64,000 bases of DNA from an uncultured Lysobacteraceae bacterium (GTDB lineage Bacteria; Pseudomonadota; Gammaproteobacteria; Xanthomonadales; Xanthomonadaceae): contig CAKZGB010000008.1 of assembly GCA_936911875.1 (NCBI GenBank), forward strand, positions 117,359-181,358. The letters run 5' to 3'. Shown piece after piece: positions 49,896 through 60,074 of the stretch. Below the pieces are notes generated by a model. It searched no databases. It was not told the origin of the DNA and worked only from the letters and a program-made list of their open reading frames with translations. A program made the translations under genes and the position numbers. Every line of letters starts with the position of its first letter. Within the stretch, counting starts at the first letter, position 1.

Positions 49896-51395
49896 GCGGG
49901 GAACACGGATCGGTGGCAGTAACCGCCGCACAAACACCGGATCGCGATAGTAGACGATCTTGCGCGCCGCAATCGGGTCGGGCATCCCCTCGATCATCAG
50001 CACGCATCGGTCTTTGCCCATCGCTTTTAACTCCTGCGGAAGCATCAGCGGGCGCCGCTCCTCAGACGTACTCACCGAACGATCCCGCCCGCGGTTGATG
50101 GTCGCCTTGGACACCGAGCGGTCGCCCAGCATCTCCGAATACTCCTTCGCGTCCTGATGCTCGCGTGGCGCAAACAGAATCTGCGCCGCATGATTGGTAA
50201 TCAGCGTGCGCGCCACCTCCTTGCCGTAGACCGCATCCAGCTGCGCCACACTCTGGATAATCGGCAGCAACCGCAAGTTGTACCCCGCCATGTACGCCAC
50301 CGCGCTGGCGAGAATCTCGATCTTGCCGACCGCCGTGAACTCATCCATCAGCAGCAGACATGGAATCTGTAACCCGTTCTCTGCCGAAGGCAGTTCGCGC
50401 GTATTGAGGTTAATCAGCTGCGAGAACAGCACGTTGATCAGCAGACGCGCCTCGGCCAGGCGGTGCGGCGGTATCACGACATAAATCGTCATGGGGAGGC
50501 GACGCACATCGCGCAGGTCAAAGTCATTGCAGGCCGTTGCGGCTGCGAGCTGCGGATCGACCCACGGATTCAGCGGCTCCAGCAAACTGCCGATGATCGA
50601 GGCAAAGGTGTCTCCCGCCTGCGACAGCAGACCATCCAGTGCGCGACGCGTCTCATCACGGACAAACGGATCCGCTCGCAGCTGCCGCAGATAGTCGGCG
50701 ATCGGACGGCCATCGCCTAAGGCTAAACGATGAATGCCGGCCAGCGATGGTTGCTGTACTGCTGTGTCGCCGAACTCGGCCCAGTAATCCTTGCGGTCAA
50801 ACGCATACAGCGTCAGGGCCAAAAACGCATTGCGTGCCTGTCCGACCCAGAACCGATGCTGCGGATCGGCCTCCGGATACAGGAGGGCTGCCAGCGCCGT
50901 CAGGTCCGCAACGCGCCTATGCGCATCGTCGGACACATAGGCCAACGGATTCCATCGATGGGTCTCACCATGTTGCGAATACGGGTCGAACTTGTAGACG
51001 GAATGGCCGCGACTTTGACGCCAGCCACCGGTGAGCTGAAAGTTCTCACCCTTGATATCCAGTACGACGACCGAGCCTTCGTAATGGAGCAAGTTCGGTA
51101 CGACGATGCCCACGCCCTTGCCGGATCGTGTCGGTGCTGCCAGTAGCACGAACTGCTGCCCCGGTAGGCCCAGCAGTCCGCTGCCGGCACGCCCAAGCAG
51201 AATGCTATTGGGCCCAATGAGAGTGAGACCTAGGCGCTTACAGTCAGCAGGTCCGGCAAATCGTGAACGGCCGTAGAGCCCGCGCTCTGCCGAGCGATTC
51301 GCGACTCCAATGAGCATTGCGCCCGGCAACACCAGAGCCGCCAAGGTGATCACCAACACCCAGGGGTCTATGGCCGCGAAACTCGGGACACTCAC
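49878..51395 (-). CDS. type IV secretion coupling protein (VirD4/TraG-like)
   Basis: N-terminal TM and Walker A (AAPTRSGKGVGIVVPN). 505 aa, short for the family. Confidence 0.7.
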   Translation of the reverse strand: MSVPSFAAIDPWVLVITLAALVLPGAMLIGVANRSAERGLYGRSRFAGPADCKRLGLTLIGPNSILLGRAGSGLLGLPGQQFVLLAAPTRSGKGVGIVVPNLLHYEGSVVVLDIKGENFQLTGGWRQSRGHSVYKFDPYSQHGETHRWNPLAYVSDDAHRRVADLTALAALLYPEADPQHRFWVGQARNAFLALTLYAFDRKDYWAEFGDTAVQQPSLAGIHRLALGDGRPIADYLRQLRADPFVRDETRRALDGLLSQAGDTFASIIGSLLEPLNPWVDPQLAAATACNDFDLRDVRRLPMTIYVVIPPHRLAEARLLINVLFSQLINLNTRELPSAENGLQIPCLLLMDEFTAVGKIEILASAVAYMAGYNLRLLPIIQSVAQLDAVYGKEVARTLITNHAAQILFAPREHQDAKEYSEMLGDRSVSKATINRGRDRSVSTSEERRPLMLPQELKAMGKDRCVLMIEGMPDPIAARKIVYYRDPVFVRRLLPPIRVPRLTIGE

Positions 51396-52576
51396 TGCAT
51401 CAGGCGCTTATGGGCCTGCGGCAACATCGCCTCGGCAAACTCACGGCCGACGTTGCGCGTGTAGCGACCCAAATCATGCATGTTGGTGACACTCGCATCG
51501 GCCGGCATGGCCATCGCCTCTTTGACTGCAACATAGGCCAACAACGCACCTGGTCCGGCCGGATTCCCGCGAATGATCGCGATCTTCACCAGATCTTTGG
51601 ACACCTCAACGGCATCGGCCTTATCAATGCCGGCAGCTTTCGCTGCATATCCCAGCGCCGCACTGACATTGTCACCCAGCGGTCCCCAGACCTTTTTGAC
51701 GTCCGTTCCTAGCTGTTCGACTTTGGAGCGGATCGAATGTACGAGATTCAGATCCGTCTCCTTGATTTCCTTCCAATGCGCCTTAAGCGCCGCACCCACC
51801 TGTGCCGTTATACGCCCCGTGATTGGAAGCCCCTGCTCGCGTTGAAATGACTCGACCGCAGCTTTGGTGCAGGGTCCGACGATTCCATCGACGGCAAGGC
51901 GATTGCCTTGCCGATCGCGCATTCCTAATGCATTGAGAATGCGTTGCGCATCGGAGATAGACACGGAATCGCCTTCGGTTTGCTTAGCTTTTATGCGAAT
52001 CGGTTCCGCAGTTGGTGACAGACAGCGTACCATCAGCTGATCGATTCGACCCTCCCATGCGCGGGAGTAGGACACGCAACGTTGCGCTGCTTTGATCGAA
52101 TCCGGCTGGCTCTTAATTACACCGTTCACGACGCGACGTGCGCCAAACGGATCATCGACGCCATCGCCAATGAATCGAGCTAAAGGTTTGCCGGTGAACA
52201 TGCCATCGCGCATACCAACTACGAGGATCCTGGCGGCAATGTCCGGACGCGAAGCCAGTGCAGGATTTCGGATGAGCTCGCCATCCAATCCAAGTGCCTC
52301 GTCCATTTTGCGGTAGTTGGATTTGTGGGTGAGCTGAACATAGCCGCGCCCGCTGTAGGACGCCCCGCCCTCGTATCGCAGACGCCGTGCCTGCTGATCG
52401 CCGTTAATTTCACGAGTCCTGGTAAAGTTGGCCGTCTCGTGCTGGGCAGTGCCGAGGATATACGCAATCTGCTTAGGATCTTTGACATTGTTCTTCAGGC
52501 ACTCGCGTACAATCAGCTGTACGGACTCGTCTTTTGAGATGCCAAATTCATTGGTTCCGTTTCTTGCTTTCATCAC
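51392..52576 (-). CDS. peptidoglycan hydrolase: GH19/lysozyme-like domain + PG-binding domain
   Basis: GTAQHETANF...SGRGYVQLTHKSNY (GH19-like) and DGIVGPCTKAAVESFQREQGLPITG (PG_binding_1). Confidence 0.55.
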   Translation of the reverse strand: MMKARNGTNEFGISKDESVQLIVRECLKNNVKDPKQIAYILGTAQHETANFTRTREINGDQQARRLRYEGGASYSGRGYVQLTHKSNYRKMDEALGLDGELIRNPALASRPDIAARILVVGMRDGMFTGKPLARFIGDGVDDPFGARRVVNGVIKSQPDSIKAAQRCVSYSRAWEGRIDQLMVRCLSPTAEPIRIKAKQTEGDSVSISDAQRILNALGMRDRQGNRLAVDGIVGPCTKAAVESFQREQGLPITGRITAQVGAALKAHWKEIKETDLNLVHSIRSKVEQLGTDVKKVWGPLGDNVSAALGYAAKAAGIDKADAVEVSKDLVKIAIIRGNPAGPGALLAYVAVKEAMAMPADASVTNMHDLGRYTRNVGREFAEAMLPQAHKRLMQ

Positions 52577-53532
52577 ACTCTCCCCGCAGTCGGAATTGAA
52601 GATCGATAGATGGAGTTCCTGCCTTGGCCGAATGCCGTATGCGGCATGAAGTGGCCGAGCGACCCCTGGAAGAACATGGCAGCCATTGGCGGCGCTGAGA
52701 TAATCAATACAGTCAACAGGAGGCCCAGGCCGCCCTGCTGCAGGGCTTGGCTGGTGATGCCCTCATCAAAATTCAGGCCGGTACCGATCTCAATAAACCG
52801 CGATGCCCAGAAAGCCTCCGCAACTGCGATCGAGAGTCGCAGTGCGACATCGGCAACAAAGCTGAATACTGCTAAGGAAAACAGCGTACCGACGCCATAT
52901 TGCAGCCACTTGTGAAATAACGGCGCTGTACTGCGAAACAGAAGTGCCATCACAAACAGCGGGCCGAATCCCACAAACAGTGCCATTGCCATCTCAAACA
53001 TCAGCAGCATGGCGGCGGCGCTAATTGCCGGTCCGGCGCTACCCAGCCCGGCCATCCACAGAGCCCGCACCTTGCGCGTCTCCAGCTCGCCATCGCCTTC
53101 CGTCTCCAGCGCATCAATCCCTGCTGTTGCGATCTGCATGTACGCCAGACTCCGGTCCACGGACTTCGCTGCGGTCCCTTCCTCGCCCGTCACAACTTCG
53201 TGGATTTCTGCATTGAGGTTTGTGGTGAAGAACCGATGCAAGGAGACCCCGCCAACTGACATCGCCGTTGCCACCGCAACAATCAACGTGGCCCGCATGG
53301 ATCTGAAAATCAGTCCGCTCAGACTCTCGCGCAACTGCCCCATCGCGATGAGATAACCCTGCAGCAGTACCCAAAGGGTCAGAAGACTCAATGAGAGCCC
53401 GCCGATCCACGCCATCATTCGCCCCATCATGGCCAGGCCAAAGTCACGAATCTCGTCACGCAGGAACCCGTAAATCAGCTGGTAGAAGCTGAACTCGCCA
53501 ATTGATGGCACCTCCAGCAGCGGAATACTCAT
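52573..53532 (-). CDS. VirB6/TrbL-like T4SS inner-membrane protein
   Basis: Polytopic membrane protein in the VirB6 position. Confidence 0.55.
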   Translation of the reverse strand: MSIPLLEVPSIGEFSFYQLIYGFLRDEIRDFGLAMMGRMMAWIGGLSLSLLTLWVLLQGYLIAMGQLRESLSGLIFRSMRATLIVAVATAMSVGGVSLHRFFTTNLNAEIHEVVTGEEGTAAKSVDRSLAYMQIATAGIDALETEGDGELETRKVRALWMAGLGSAGPAISAAAMLLMFEMAMALFVGFGPLFVMALLFRSTAPLFHKWLQYGVGTLFSLAVFSFVADVALRLSIAVAEAFWASRFIEIGTGLNFDEGITSQALQQGGLGLLLTVLIISAPPMAAMFFQGSLGHFMPHTAFGQGRNSIYRSSIPTAGRV

Positions 53533-54326
53533 CTGCGGGATGCCTTTTCCAGCGCCAACTTTAATGCAGCCGACTGAACCAGACCGCCAATGATCGGATT
53601 GCGCCCTTGCAGCTCTCTGCGGGTCGCTATCTTCTGCAGATCAGCCAGATCCTGCAGGTAGAGATCATAGGCTGACATCGTGGCTTGCCACTCCTGCAAA
53701 TCCTGCGATGTCGCCGCCATGAAACGGGCAATGTCATTGTCGTTACCGGCCAAATCGCCGGGGCGATCGTCGACATCATCGCGCGCTTCCTGCAGTTGCT
53801 CCAACTGAGCACTTCGCTCCTTCAGACGGCGCAGAAGCGACACCGTCGCGTTGAATCTCAGGTTCTGCGCCATCACCCGGCGCACGCACAACTCCGTTTG
53901 CCACTCCTTGCTGCTCGCAGTGCCGCTCATTCGTCCCATGACACCGGCAATGACTCCTGAGACTCCCGATCGGGCAGAACCGCAGCGGGATTCAATATCC
54001 GTATCGATGGCACGTTCTTCAAATTCCGGCCTGGACTGCGCTTCAAGATTCCCGAAGCGCCGTACTCCAATGAGCTGTTTAACGATATGTTGCAGCTGAC
54101 TGGTGTTGTATGCGCTTTGCTCCGCCCATCGCAATGCCTGCTGCTGAAATTCGGCAAGATTCAGCGAGCCGTTGTGCAGCTGCGTCAGAACGTTTTGCAT
54201 GGTATGGACGCTATCCCACACCGGCAAACCCGACGCTCGAACGGGGGTCGCGATCAGCCCCATGGCAAGACAGCATGCTGCCAGCGGCGCCATCGGTTGC
54301 AAATACGATTTGTCTTTCATCTTCAT
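53529..54326 (-). CDS. VirB5/TrbJ-like protein
   Basis: Signal peptide plus a coiled coil; lies between the VirB4-like and VirB6-like genes. Confidence 0.5.
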   Translation of the reverse strand: MKMKDKSYLQPMAPLAACCLAMGLIATPVRASGLPVWDSVHTMQNVLTQLHNGSLNLAEFQQQALRWAEQSAYNTSQLQHIVKQLIGVRRFGNLEAQSRPEFEERAIDTDIESRCGSARSGVSGVIAGVMGRMSGTASSKEWQTELCVRRVMAQNLRFNATVSLLRRLKERSAQLEQLQEARDDVDDRPGDLAGNDNDIARFMAATSQDLQEWQATMSAYDLYLQDLADLQKIATRRELQGRNPIIGGLVQSAALKLALEKASRR

Positions 54327-56599
54327 CACTCCTTGGATACGCCCGATAACACATCCAGCAATTCGGATTGACCGTAGAGATCCAACCTGCAAACTGCACT
54401 AAGTCCACGTTGTTTGATCAGAAAATGGCGACTGGTCTCGCCCAGACTCCTGACTCGCTCAAACTCCTCCCGGCTGAGCTTGAGACCGTTGCAGTACTCG
54501 TCCGGATTGGCGCTAGGGTTTGGCAGCAACAGCAGTGTCGCTGTCTGCCCGATCAGTGAGGATGCAATCGGGCTGGCCAGCGCATCGTCCGGACTTTGGG
54601 TTGCAAACAATCCCAGACCGTTCTGCTTTCGAATCGTCTTTTGCTTGTTGCGAATGAATGCAGTCAGCTCTTCGTGTCCATCCAGAACTCGCCAGAACTC
54701 ATCGATGGCGTAGATCAGACGATGCCCGTCTAGGAGCTGCTCCAGCCGGAACAGCAGGTAGCTCACTAACGGCACACGAATCGACGGATCGTTGAGCAGG
54801 TCGGTGCAGTCGACGCCAATAATCGGAGCCTTTTCGCCTTCGAAATAATCCTGAGCCCGGTCGAATACCCAACCCAGAGACTGACCTTGCGTCCACCGAT
54901 GCAGCGCAGCGTACAGGGATTGATCGCCGCGATTCGGGAGCAGCACGCGCAGGTTTGTCAGGGTCCGATGTTCCGGCTCCGCCATTGCGATCTGATCGAG
55001 CGCAATACGCAGCTCCTGTTCCTCGACCTGCGACCACTCGGATCGATGCGTTAGAACGGCAAGCCATTGCAGCAGGAAGCCACGATATTCAGGGTTACCC
55101 GCCAGCACCAGTGGATTGAGACCGGGTGACTGGCCATAGCGCAATTCGAGATACTTGCCGCCCACTCGCTCAATAAATGCACGTGACGCCCGGTCCTTGT
55201 CGAACAGGAATAGCCGAGGTCGCGGTTCGAGCAGTAATGCGTTGGCCAACAGATAGTTCATCAGAACCGTCTTTCCCACGCCTGATTTGCCGATGATCAG
55301 CGTGTTGCCCAAGACCAGTTCGCCAATGGAACTACGTCCGGGTTCGCTCGGATGAAAACTGAAGTGATGCAGCTGTCCTTGCCTTGTCCGAAATGCACAA
55401 ACTGCGGGGCCCCACGGATTGCCTTCGGACTTGCCCAGATATTCACCGTGAGGCGCCGTCAATGCCGATGCGTTCTGCGAGCTGATGACAGCGACTCGAG
55501 GCCGATAGCGCCAGTTGCCCGGGAATTGCGCGAGGTATGCGGGAAGCGCTCCATGGGTCTCCCGCACGGATACCAGTCCGTTGCGCGTTAGCTCCGCACG
55601 TGCATCCGCCAGAACCGTCTCCAATGCCTGACGGTTCGCAGCACGTACCGCCAGCGAATAGTGGTACTCACCGAACACCAGCCCACCGCCGCTCAATGCG
55701 TCCATGGCCTGATCCAGTTCGGCGATCTGCGAGACGGCGCGATCCCCCGCTGCCCACAGTCGGGACTTGGCACGATCCAACGTTCTCAGTGCCTGCTGTC
55801 GACCCAACGGTGAAAAGGACTGCGATTGCACATATTCGATCGGCAGGTCCGCCAGAGACGACAACAGGCCGGGCCTCGTTTGCGTCGGATATTCGCGAAC
55901 CTGCAGCATGGCACCGCATCCCGTAGGCATCGTCTCATCCGTCCACGACCAGGTCGCCGATTGGCCATCGAACGTCCAGTCCGACTCCAGCAGATGATTG
56001 CGAATCGGGCCCGCGGGGAGAAGGCCAACATGTTGGTGGTGACCGAGCAAAATGGCCAGAAATCGCATCGGTATCGAAGTCAGATGTCCGTGTTCGTCAC
56101 ACACGCGTAATCGCCTTGGCCGATACGCGAGCAAGCCGGATTCCAAAGCCGCCAGATGCTCCATGTGCGTCACTAACGCGGAGTCGATGGCTTGCGCGCA
56201 ATCTGCAGCATTTTGCAGCTTGGTCGCCTTGGGCATTTGTGGTCGATGCAGAAGTGTCAGATAGTTGCGCACCCTAAAGGCGCCCTGCGCTTGCGCGCCT
56301 CGCGCGCGGTAAAGACTGCGCTCCCATATCGATGGACTGCCGACCGGGGCTGTCAAATTCGGGCTTTCCCGGCGCTTGATCTGATGCGCCCACAACGCGA
56401 AATGCCCGTGATCCGGACCCTTAAGTGAGCGAACTGTGCGCTCGAATTCATCATGGTGACGGCGTAACTCCTCGGCCGACATCCCCTCGGCGGGTAAGCC
56501 GTCGAGCTCCAGCACCGTCATCAGTTCCCCGCCGGTCAGACGAATCACGCCTGCCTCCACATGAGATGAGTACGGGAGTACGTCAGCGATGGATGCCAT
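54326..56599 (-). CDS. VirB4/TrbE-like T4SS ATPase
   Basis: Walker A LIIGKSGVGKTVLMNYL; about 750 aa. Confidence 0.85.
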   Translation of the reverse strand: MASIADVLPYSSHVEAGVIRLTGGELMTVLELDGLPAEGMSAEELRRHHDEFERTVRSLKGPDHGHFALWAHQIKRRESPNLTAPVGSPSIWERSLYRARGAQAQGAFRVRNYLTLLHRPQMPKATKLQNAADCAQAIDSALVTHMEHLAALESGLLAYRPRRLRVCDEHGHLTSIPMRFLAILLGHHQHVGLLPAGPIRNHLLESDWTFDGQSATWSWTDETMPTGCGAMLQVREYPTQTRPGLLSSLADLPIEYVQSQSFSPLGRQQALRTLDRAKSRLWAAGDRAVSQIAELDQAMDALSGGGLVFGEYHYSLAVRAANRQALETVLADARAELTRNGLVSVRETHGALPAYLAQFPGNWRYRPRVAVISSQNASALTAPHGEYLGKSEGNPWGPAVCAFRTRQGQLHHFSFHPSEPGRSSIGELVLGNTLIIGKSGVGKTVLMNYLLANALLLEPRPRLFLFDKDRASRAFIERVGGKYLELRYGQSPGLNPLVLAGNPEYRGFLLQWLAVLTHRSEWSQVEEQELRIALDQIAMAEPEHRTLTNLRVLLPNRGDQSLYAALHRWTQGQSLGWVFDRAQDYFEGEKAPIIGVDCTDLLNDPSIRVPLVSYLLFRLEQLLDGHRLIYAIDEFWRVLDGHEELTAFIRNKQKTIRKQNGLGLFATQSPDDALASPIASSLIGQTATLLLLPNPSANPDEYCNGLKLSREEFERVRSLGETSRHFLIKQRGLSAVCRLDLYGQSELLDVLSGVSKE

Positions 56600-56600
56600 C

Positions 56601-56903
56601 CTACCCACGCTGTGCCTCGACGCTTGTTGCACTTAATACCCACTGGCGCGAAGCGGTCCACTCACTGCGACGGAACTGCCATGCCAGTTGCTGACCAAGC
56701 CACAGAATGTCCAGTACCGCTTCGTCATGCGCACAGGCAATTCGCAATGCAGCCAGGACCGGAATCGCACACAGTCCCAGCGGTATCGAAACGGAAACGC
56801 CAATCAGGGCTCCGATCCCCATCACGATCAGCGCAGGAATCAGTGGCACACCCCAAATCAGGGGTTTCCGGGCACAGCCTTTGAATAGCGGATCCGTCTG
56901 CAT
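56601..56903 (-). CDS. VirB3/TrbD-like protein
   Basis: About 100 aa with TM helices, upstream of VirB4. Confidence 0.5.
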   Translation of the reverse strand: MQTDPLFKGCARKPLIWGVPLIPALIVMGIGALIGVSVSIPLGLCAIPVLAALRIACAHDEAVLDILWLGQQLAWQFRRSEWTASRQWVLSATSVEAQRG

Positions 56904-56908
56904 GACAT

Positions 56909-57235
56909 TCAACCCAGTCCGCACGAAACCTGATTGCCGACCAGCATTTTTGCAATTTGAGCAGCCGCGCCAATCAGTAGTCCACCTACCAGCAGCGGCG
57001 CCACGTCATTAAATCGTTTCTGCGCGAAGGCAATCTGGTACCCGGAGACAATGATTGCAATCGTCACAATGGCGATAGAGCCCAGGTTGAGCAAGGTTGT
57101 GATGTTGTCCAGGAACCCGCACAGTTTTGTGCGGGTTTCGTCCAAGCCTCCATTACTCTGAGCTCGTGTAGCTGCCACGTAAAGCAACGGAAATGTGCCG
57201 ACAATCAATTGAAAGTGCTTACGGCGTTTCATTGC
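56909..57235 (-). CDS. VirB2/TrbC-like pilin
   Basis: Signal peptide plus two hydrophobic segments; about 108 aa. Confidence 0.5.
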   Translation of the reverse strand, partial: AMKRRKHFQLIVGTFPLLYVAATRAQSNGGLDETRTKLCGFLDNITTLLNLGSIAIVTIAIIVSGYQIAFAQKRFNDVAPLLVGGLLIGAAAQIAKMLVGNQVSCGLG

Positions 57236-57415
57236 ATGTTCTCTCTGTGGTAATGACATGCGCAGACTGCCATGCGAGCAGCGCATTAACGCGCTAACCC
57301 ATCCACATCAGCGACGAGTGCGGCAGCTCATCTGATTAACGCAACCCCATGTGTAGAGGCTCATCCGTCACTCTGAGGTGGATGCATCTCCGACAAACCC
57401 GCACGCAGATTTCCG

Positions 57416-57961
57416 ATGGCACTCACAGCAATCCGACCCGATGATTCCAAGATGGATATCCGATGCCTAGACGACGAGTCCGGTCTGACGCTGCTGGAAC
57501 TGACAGCAACACTGCTGGTACTGGCACTTGTTGCCGCTTTTAGCGTGCCGTCATTGAAGATCTGGAAGGATCGACTACTACTCGATCAGACCGTGAATGG
57601 TGCCGTTGCAGCCATCCGCTGGACTCGTGCACTCGCGATCGTAGAGGGGCGGCGAATGCGACTGTGCGCACTCGACAGCTCCGATGAATGCGGTCCGTTT
57701 GTCGCCGACCGGTCACGCTGGACCGTGGCGCCGGAGGTGACTCCGTCCGACGTCAGATACCGTTTTACGCAGCCGGCGGGTTATAGCATTCTGGGTCCGG
57801 ACAGTCGCCCGGGCATCCTGTTTCAGACGGACGGATTCACGCCCGGTAGCAATCTGACGCTAAAGGTGTGCGATGCGTCGAAGGCATGGCGTCGGACCAT
57901 CGTGATCAGCAATTCGGGCAGAATCCGCTTGGAGACACCCTCGGTTGGTGCGGTTTGCTAA
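57416..57961 (+). CDS. type IV pilus minor pilin (FimT/GspH-like)
   Basis: Prepilin N-terminus GLTLLELTATLLVLALVA. Confidence 0.6.
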   Translation: MALTAIRPDDSKMDIRCLDDESGLTLLELTATLLVLALVAAFSVPSLKIWKDRLLLDQTVNGAVAAIRWTRALAIVEGRRMRLCALDSSDECGPFVADRSRWTVAPEVTPSDVRYRFTQPAGYSILGPDSRPGILFQTDGFTPGSNLTLKVCDASKAWRRTIVISNSGRIRLETPSVGAVC

Positions 57962-58021
57962 ATTTTCGGATTTGGGTGTTGACTGGCCAGAAAAACAAGA
58001 TAAAATGGTCAGCCTTACCCC

Positions 58022-58098
58022 GCCCGAATAGCTCAGCCGGTTAGAGCACTTGACTGTTAATCAGGGGGTCGTTGGTTCGAGTCCAACTTCGGGCGCCA
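58022..58098 (+). tRNA. tRNA-Asn (anticodon GTT)
   Basis: Hand-folded cloverleaf. Acceptor GCCCGAA/TTCGGGC, anticodon loop CTGTTAA, T-loop GGTTCGAGTCC, CCA. Confidence 0.9.
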
Positions 58099-58108
58099 AG
58101 TATTTGAA

Positions 58109-58137
58109 GAAACCCGCAGAAATGCGGGTTTTTTTCG
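58109..58137 (+). terminator. rho-independent terminator after tRNA-Asn
   Basis: AACCCGCA gaaa TGCGGGTT followed by TTTTT. Confidence 0.6.
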
Positions 58138-58178
58138 TTTGGAGCAGACGAATTTCTTCGCTGAAACCCTGGCTCCCT

Positions 58179-59135
58179 TCAGTGCTTTTCGTGACGAAGG
58201 GCACCTGGCGGATCGACTTGCACGGTCACATGATCGATAGAGTACTGCTCCTGCAGCCACGTCGCCGCGATACCTGGCAACGTGAGCGGATCCGCACCCG
58301 GGGCCGGTGTCACGTGCACGGTGGCGATACTGGATTCGTCGGTCAGGGTCCAAGCATGGAAATGGCCTGCCTCGGCGATGCCCGGCAAGCTCGCCAAACC
58401 GGCCTGCGCTGCCTCGATATCCAGTCCTTGCGGGACTGCCTGCAACAGTACGCGCACAGAGTCGGATACCAGCCTCCAGGCCGAGCGTACTACCAGTAAC
58501 GACACGAAGACGGACAGCAGCGGATCCAATAGTGTCCACCTGGTAAAGAGAATGCCGATGGCTGCTGCGATGGCACCGACGGAGCCTAGCAGGTCTCCCA
58601 TGATGTGCAGGTAGGCGCCGTGAAGATTGCCATCGTTACGCTGCCCTTTGGCGAGAATGTAGGCGGCAAGTACATTGACCAGCAAGCCAATCACCGCCAC
58701 TGTGAGCATCGATCCGGCCATGACCGGGGCCGGCTCACGGATACGCCGGATGGCCTCCCAAATAATCCAGGCGACCAGCAACAGCAAACTGGCACCGTTG
58801 GCTAATGCAGCCAGTACACGGACGCGATGAAATCCGTAGGTCCGGTGCTTGTCCGCCGGTTTTGCAGCAATTCTGTAGGCCACCAAAGCGAGTAAGAGGG
58901 CTGCTGCATCCGACACCATGTGTCCGGCATCGGCGATTAGCGCCAGCGAGCCTGCAATCCATCCGCCGACGGCTTGGACCACTGCATAACCAAGCGTCAG
59001 CCCAAACACCCATTGCATGCGACGGGCGTTATCAACCGTGACTACCGGTGCGTGGTGACCATGGCCATGATCATGGCCATGGTCACCGTCGTGGTCGTGA
59101 TCGTGCTTGTCGGAGTGCGTTTCAGCAGTCATCAA
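58179..59135 (-). CDS. czcD: cation diffusion facilitator (CzcD-like Co/Zn/Cd efflux)
   Basis: His-rich N-terminus (HDHDHDGDHGHDHGHGHH), 6 TM helices, CDF signature. Confidence 0.85.
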   Translation of the reverse strand: MMTAETHSDKHDHDHDGDHGHDHGHGHHAPVVTVDNARRMQWVFGLTLGYAVVQAVGGWIAGSLALIADAGHMVSDAAALLLALVAYRIAAKPADKHRTYGFHRVRVLAALANGASLLLLVAWIIWEAIRRIREPAPVMAGSMLTVAVIGLLVNVLAAYILAKGQRNDGNLHGAYLHIMGDLLGSVGAIAAAIGILFTRWTLLDPLLSVFVSLLVVRSAWRLVSDSVRVLLQAVPQGLDIEAAQAGLASLPGIAEAGHFHAWTLTDESSIATVHVTPAPGADPLTLPGIAATWLQEQYSIDHVTVQVDPPGALRHEKH

Positions 59136-59221
59136 TAAGGGCGCCGGCGGCCGGCCTGTTGTGTGTGTACGGATTTATCTACTGTAGCCGACCGGTGCGT
59201 GTCTTTGGTCTAAAGTTGACT

Positions 59222-59608
59222 TTACGGGCAGCCCGATCCGTCATCCGGAGAGGCGGTCACATCACCAAGTCCGTCCACCTGCAGGGTTGAGCAGGCGCGA
59301 GCAGATATGCGCGCTACCTTAGGCACGGCCTTGTACACTGTCGCTCCGGAAACCGTCAACTTGCGGAACTGATACCAGGACGACTGCTGATTCACGCAGG
59401 TCGGCATCGTAGCTGTCGTCTGGCCTGCCTGAGGATTCAGTGGCTGATCGGCCAGCGCATACCGCAACACACAGGCCTTAGCTGCCGTGATCCGCCCCCT
59501 ATCCACATGTCGCGTGTATCCGACCACAGCAAAACTTGCTATCGCCACCATCAGCGCCATAGCGACCATCAACTCCAGTAACGTGAAACCGGATTGGTCA
59601 GTCTTCAT
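59222..59608 (-). CDS. type IV pilin-like protein (PilE/FimU-like)
   Basis: QSGFTLLELMVAMAL prepilin motif. Confidence 0.6.
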   Translation of the reverse strand: MKTDQSGFTLLELMVAMALMVAIASFAVVGYTRHVDRGRITAAKACVLRYALADQPLNPQAGQTTATMPTCVNQQSSWYQFRKLTVSGATVYKAVPKVARISARACSTLQVDGLGDVTASPDDGSGCP

Positions 59609-60074
59609 AACGTCGCCCGTAATATTTCCGACTACCGGCGGCATCAATACGGATCCAACCTACGGTCCGATCGGTGCGGGTTTCCCTACGGCGAACAGAC
59701 GTGATCCACCACCAACGACCGCTAGCGTTCTCACCGAGATATTCCGCAAGGCCACGCACCTCAGGGTCGAAACCCAAATCGCGTGCAGCAGTCCACGACT
59801 GATTAAGGGTCATTGAACGGGCCGACATACCGGCATTCAGACCACATAGTCCACCGGAGCAGATTCCTGCCACACCGGTATCGCTAAAACCGATAGCATC
59901 TGCAGTGGCCAACCATCCGATGCGCAATGAATTGTCTGCGGTTAATGCCGCAATCTCGGCCCGGGTGAGTCTTGCCAGCAAGGTCGCGCTCTGAATGCAC
60001 TGCAGCGACAGCAGCGAGGCCAGCGCCAGCAGCATTAGCACGGCCGGTAACGCAAATCCACGAGCGTCACTCAT
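59598..60074 (-). CDS. PilX-like minor pilin
   Basis: GFALPAVLMLLALASLL N-terminus. Positioned after PilW. Confidence 0.5.
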   Translation of the reverse strand: MSDARGFALPAVLMLLALASLLSLQCIQSATLLARLTRAEIAALTADNSLRIGWLATADAIGFSDTGVAGICSGGLCGLNAGMSARSMTLNQSWTAARDLGFDPEVRGLAEYLGENASGRWWWITSVRRRETRTDRTVGWIRIDAAGSRKYYGRRYED

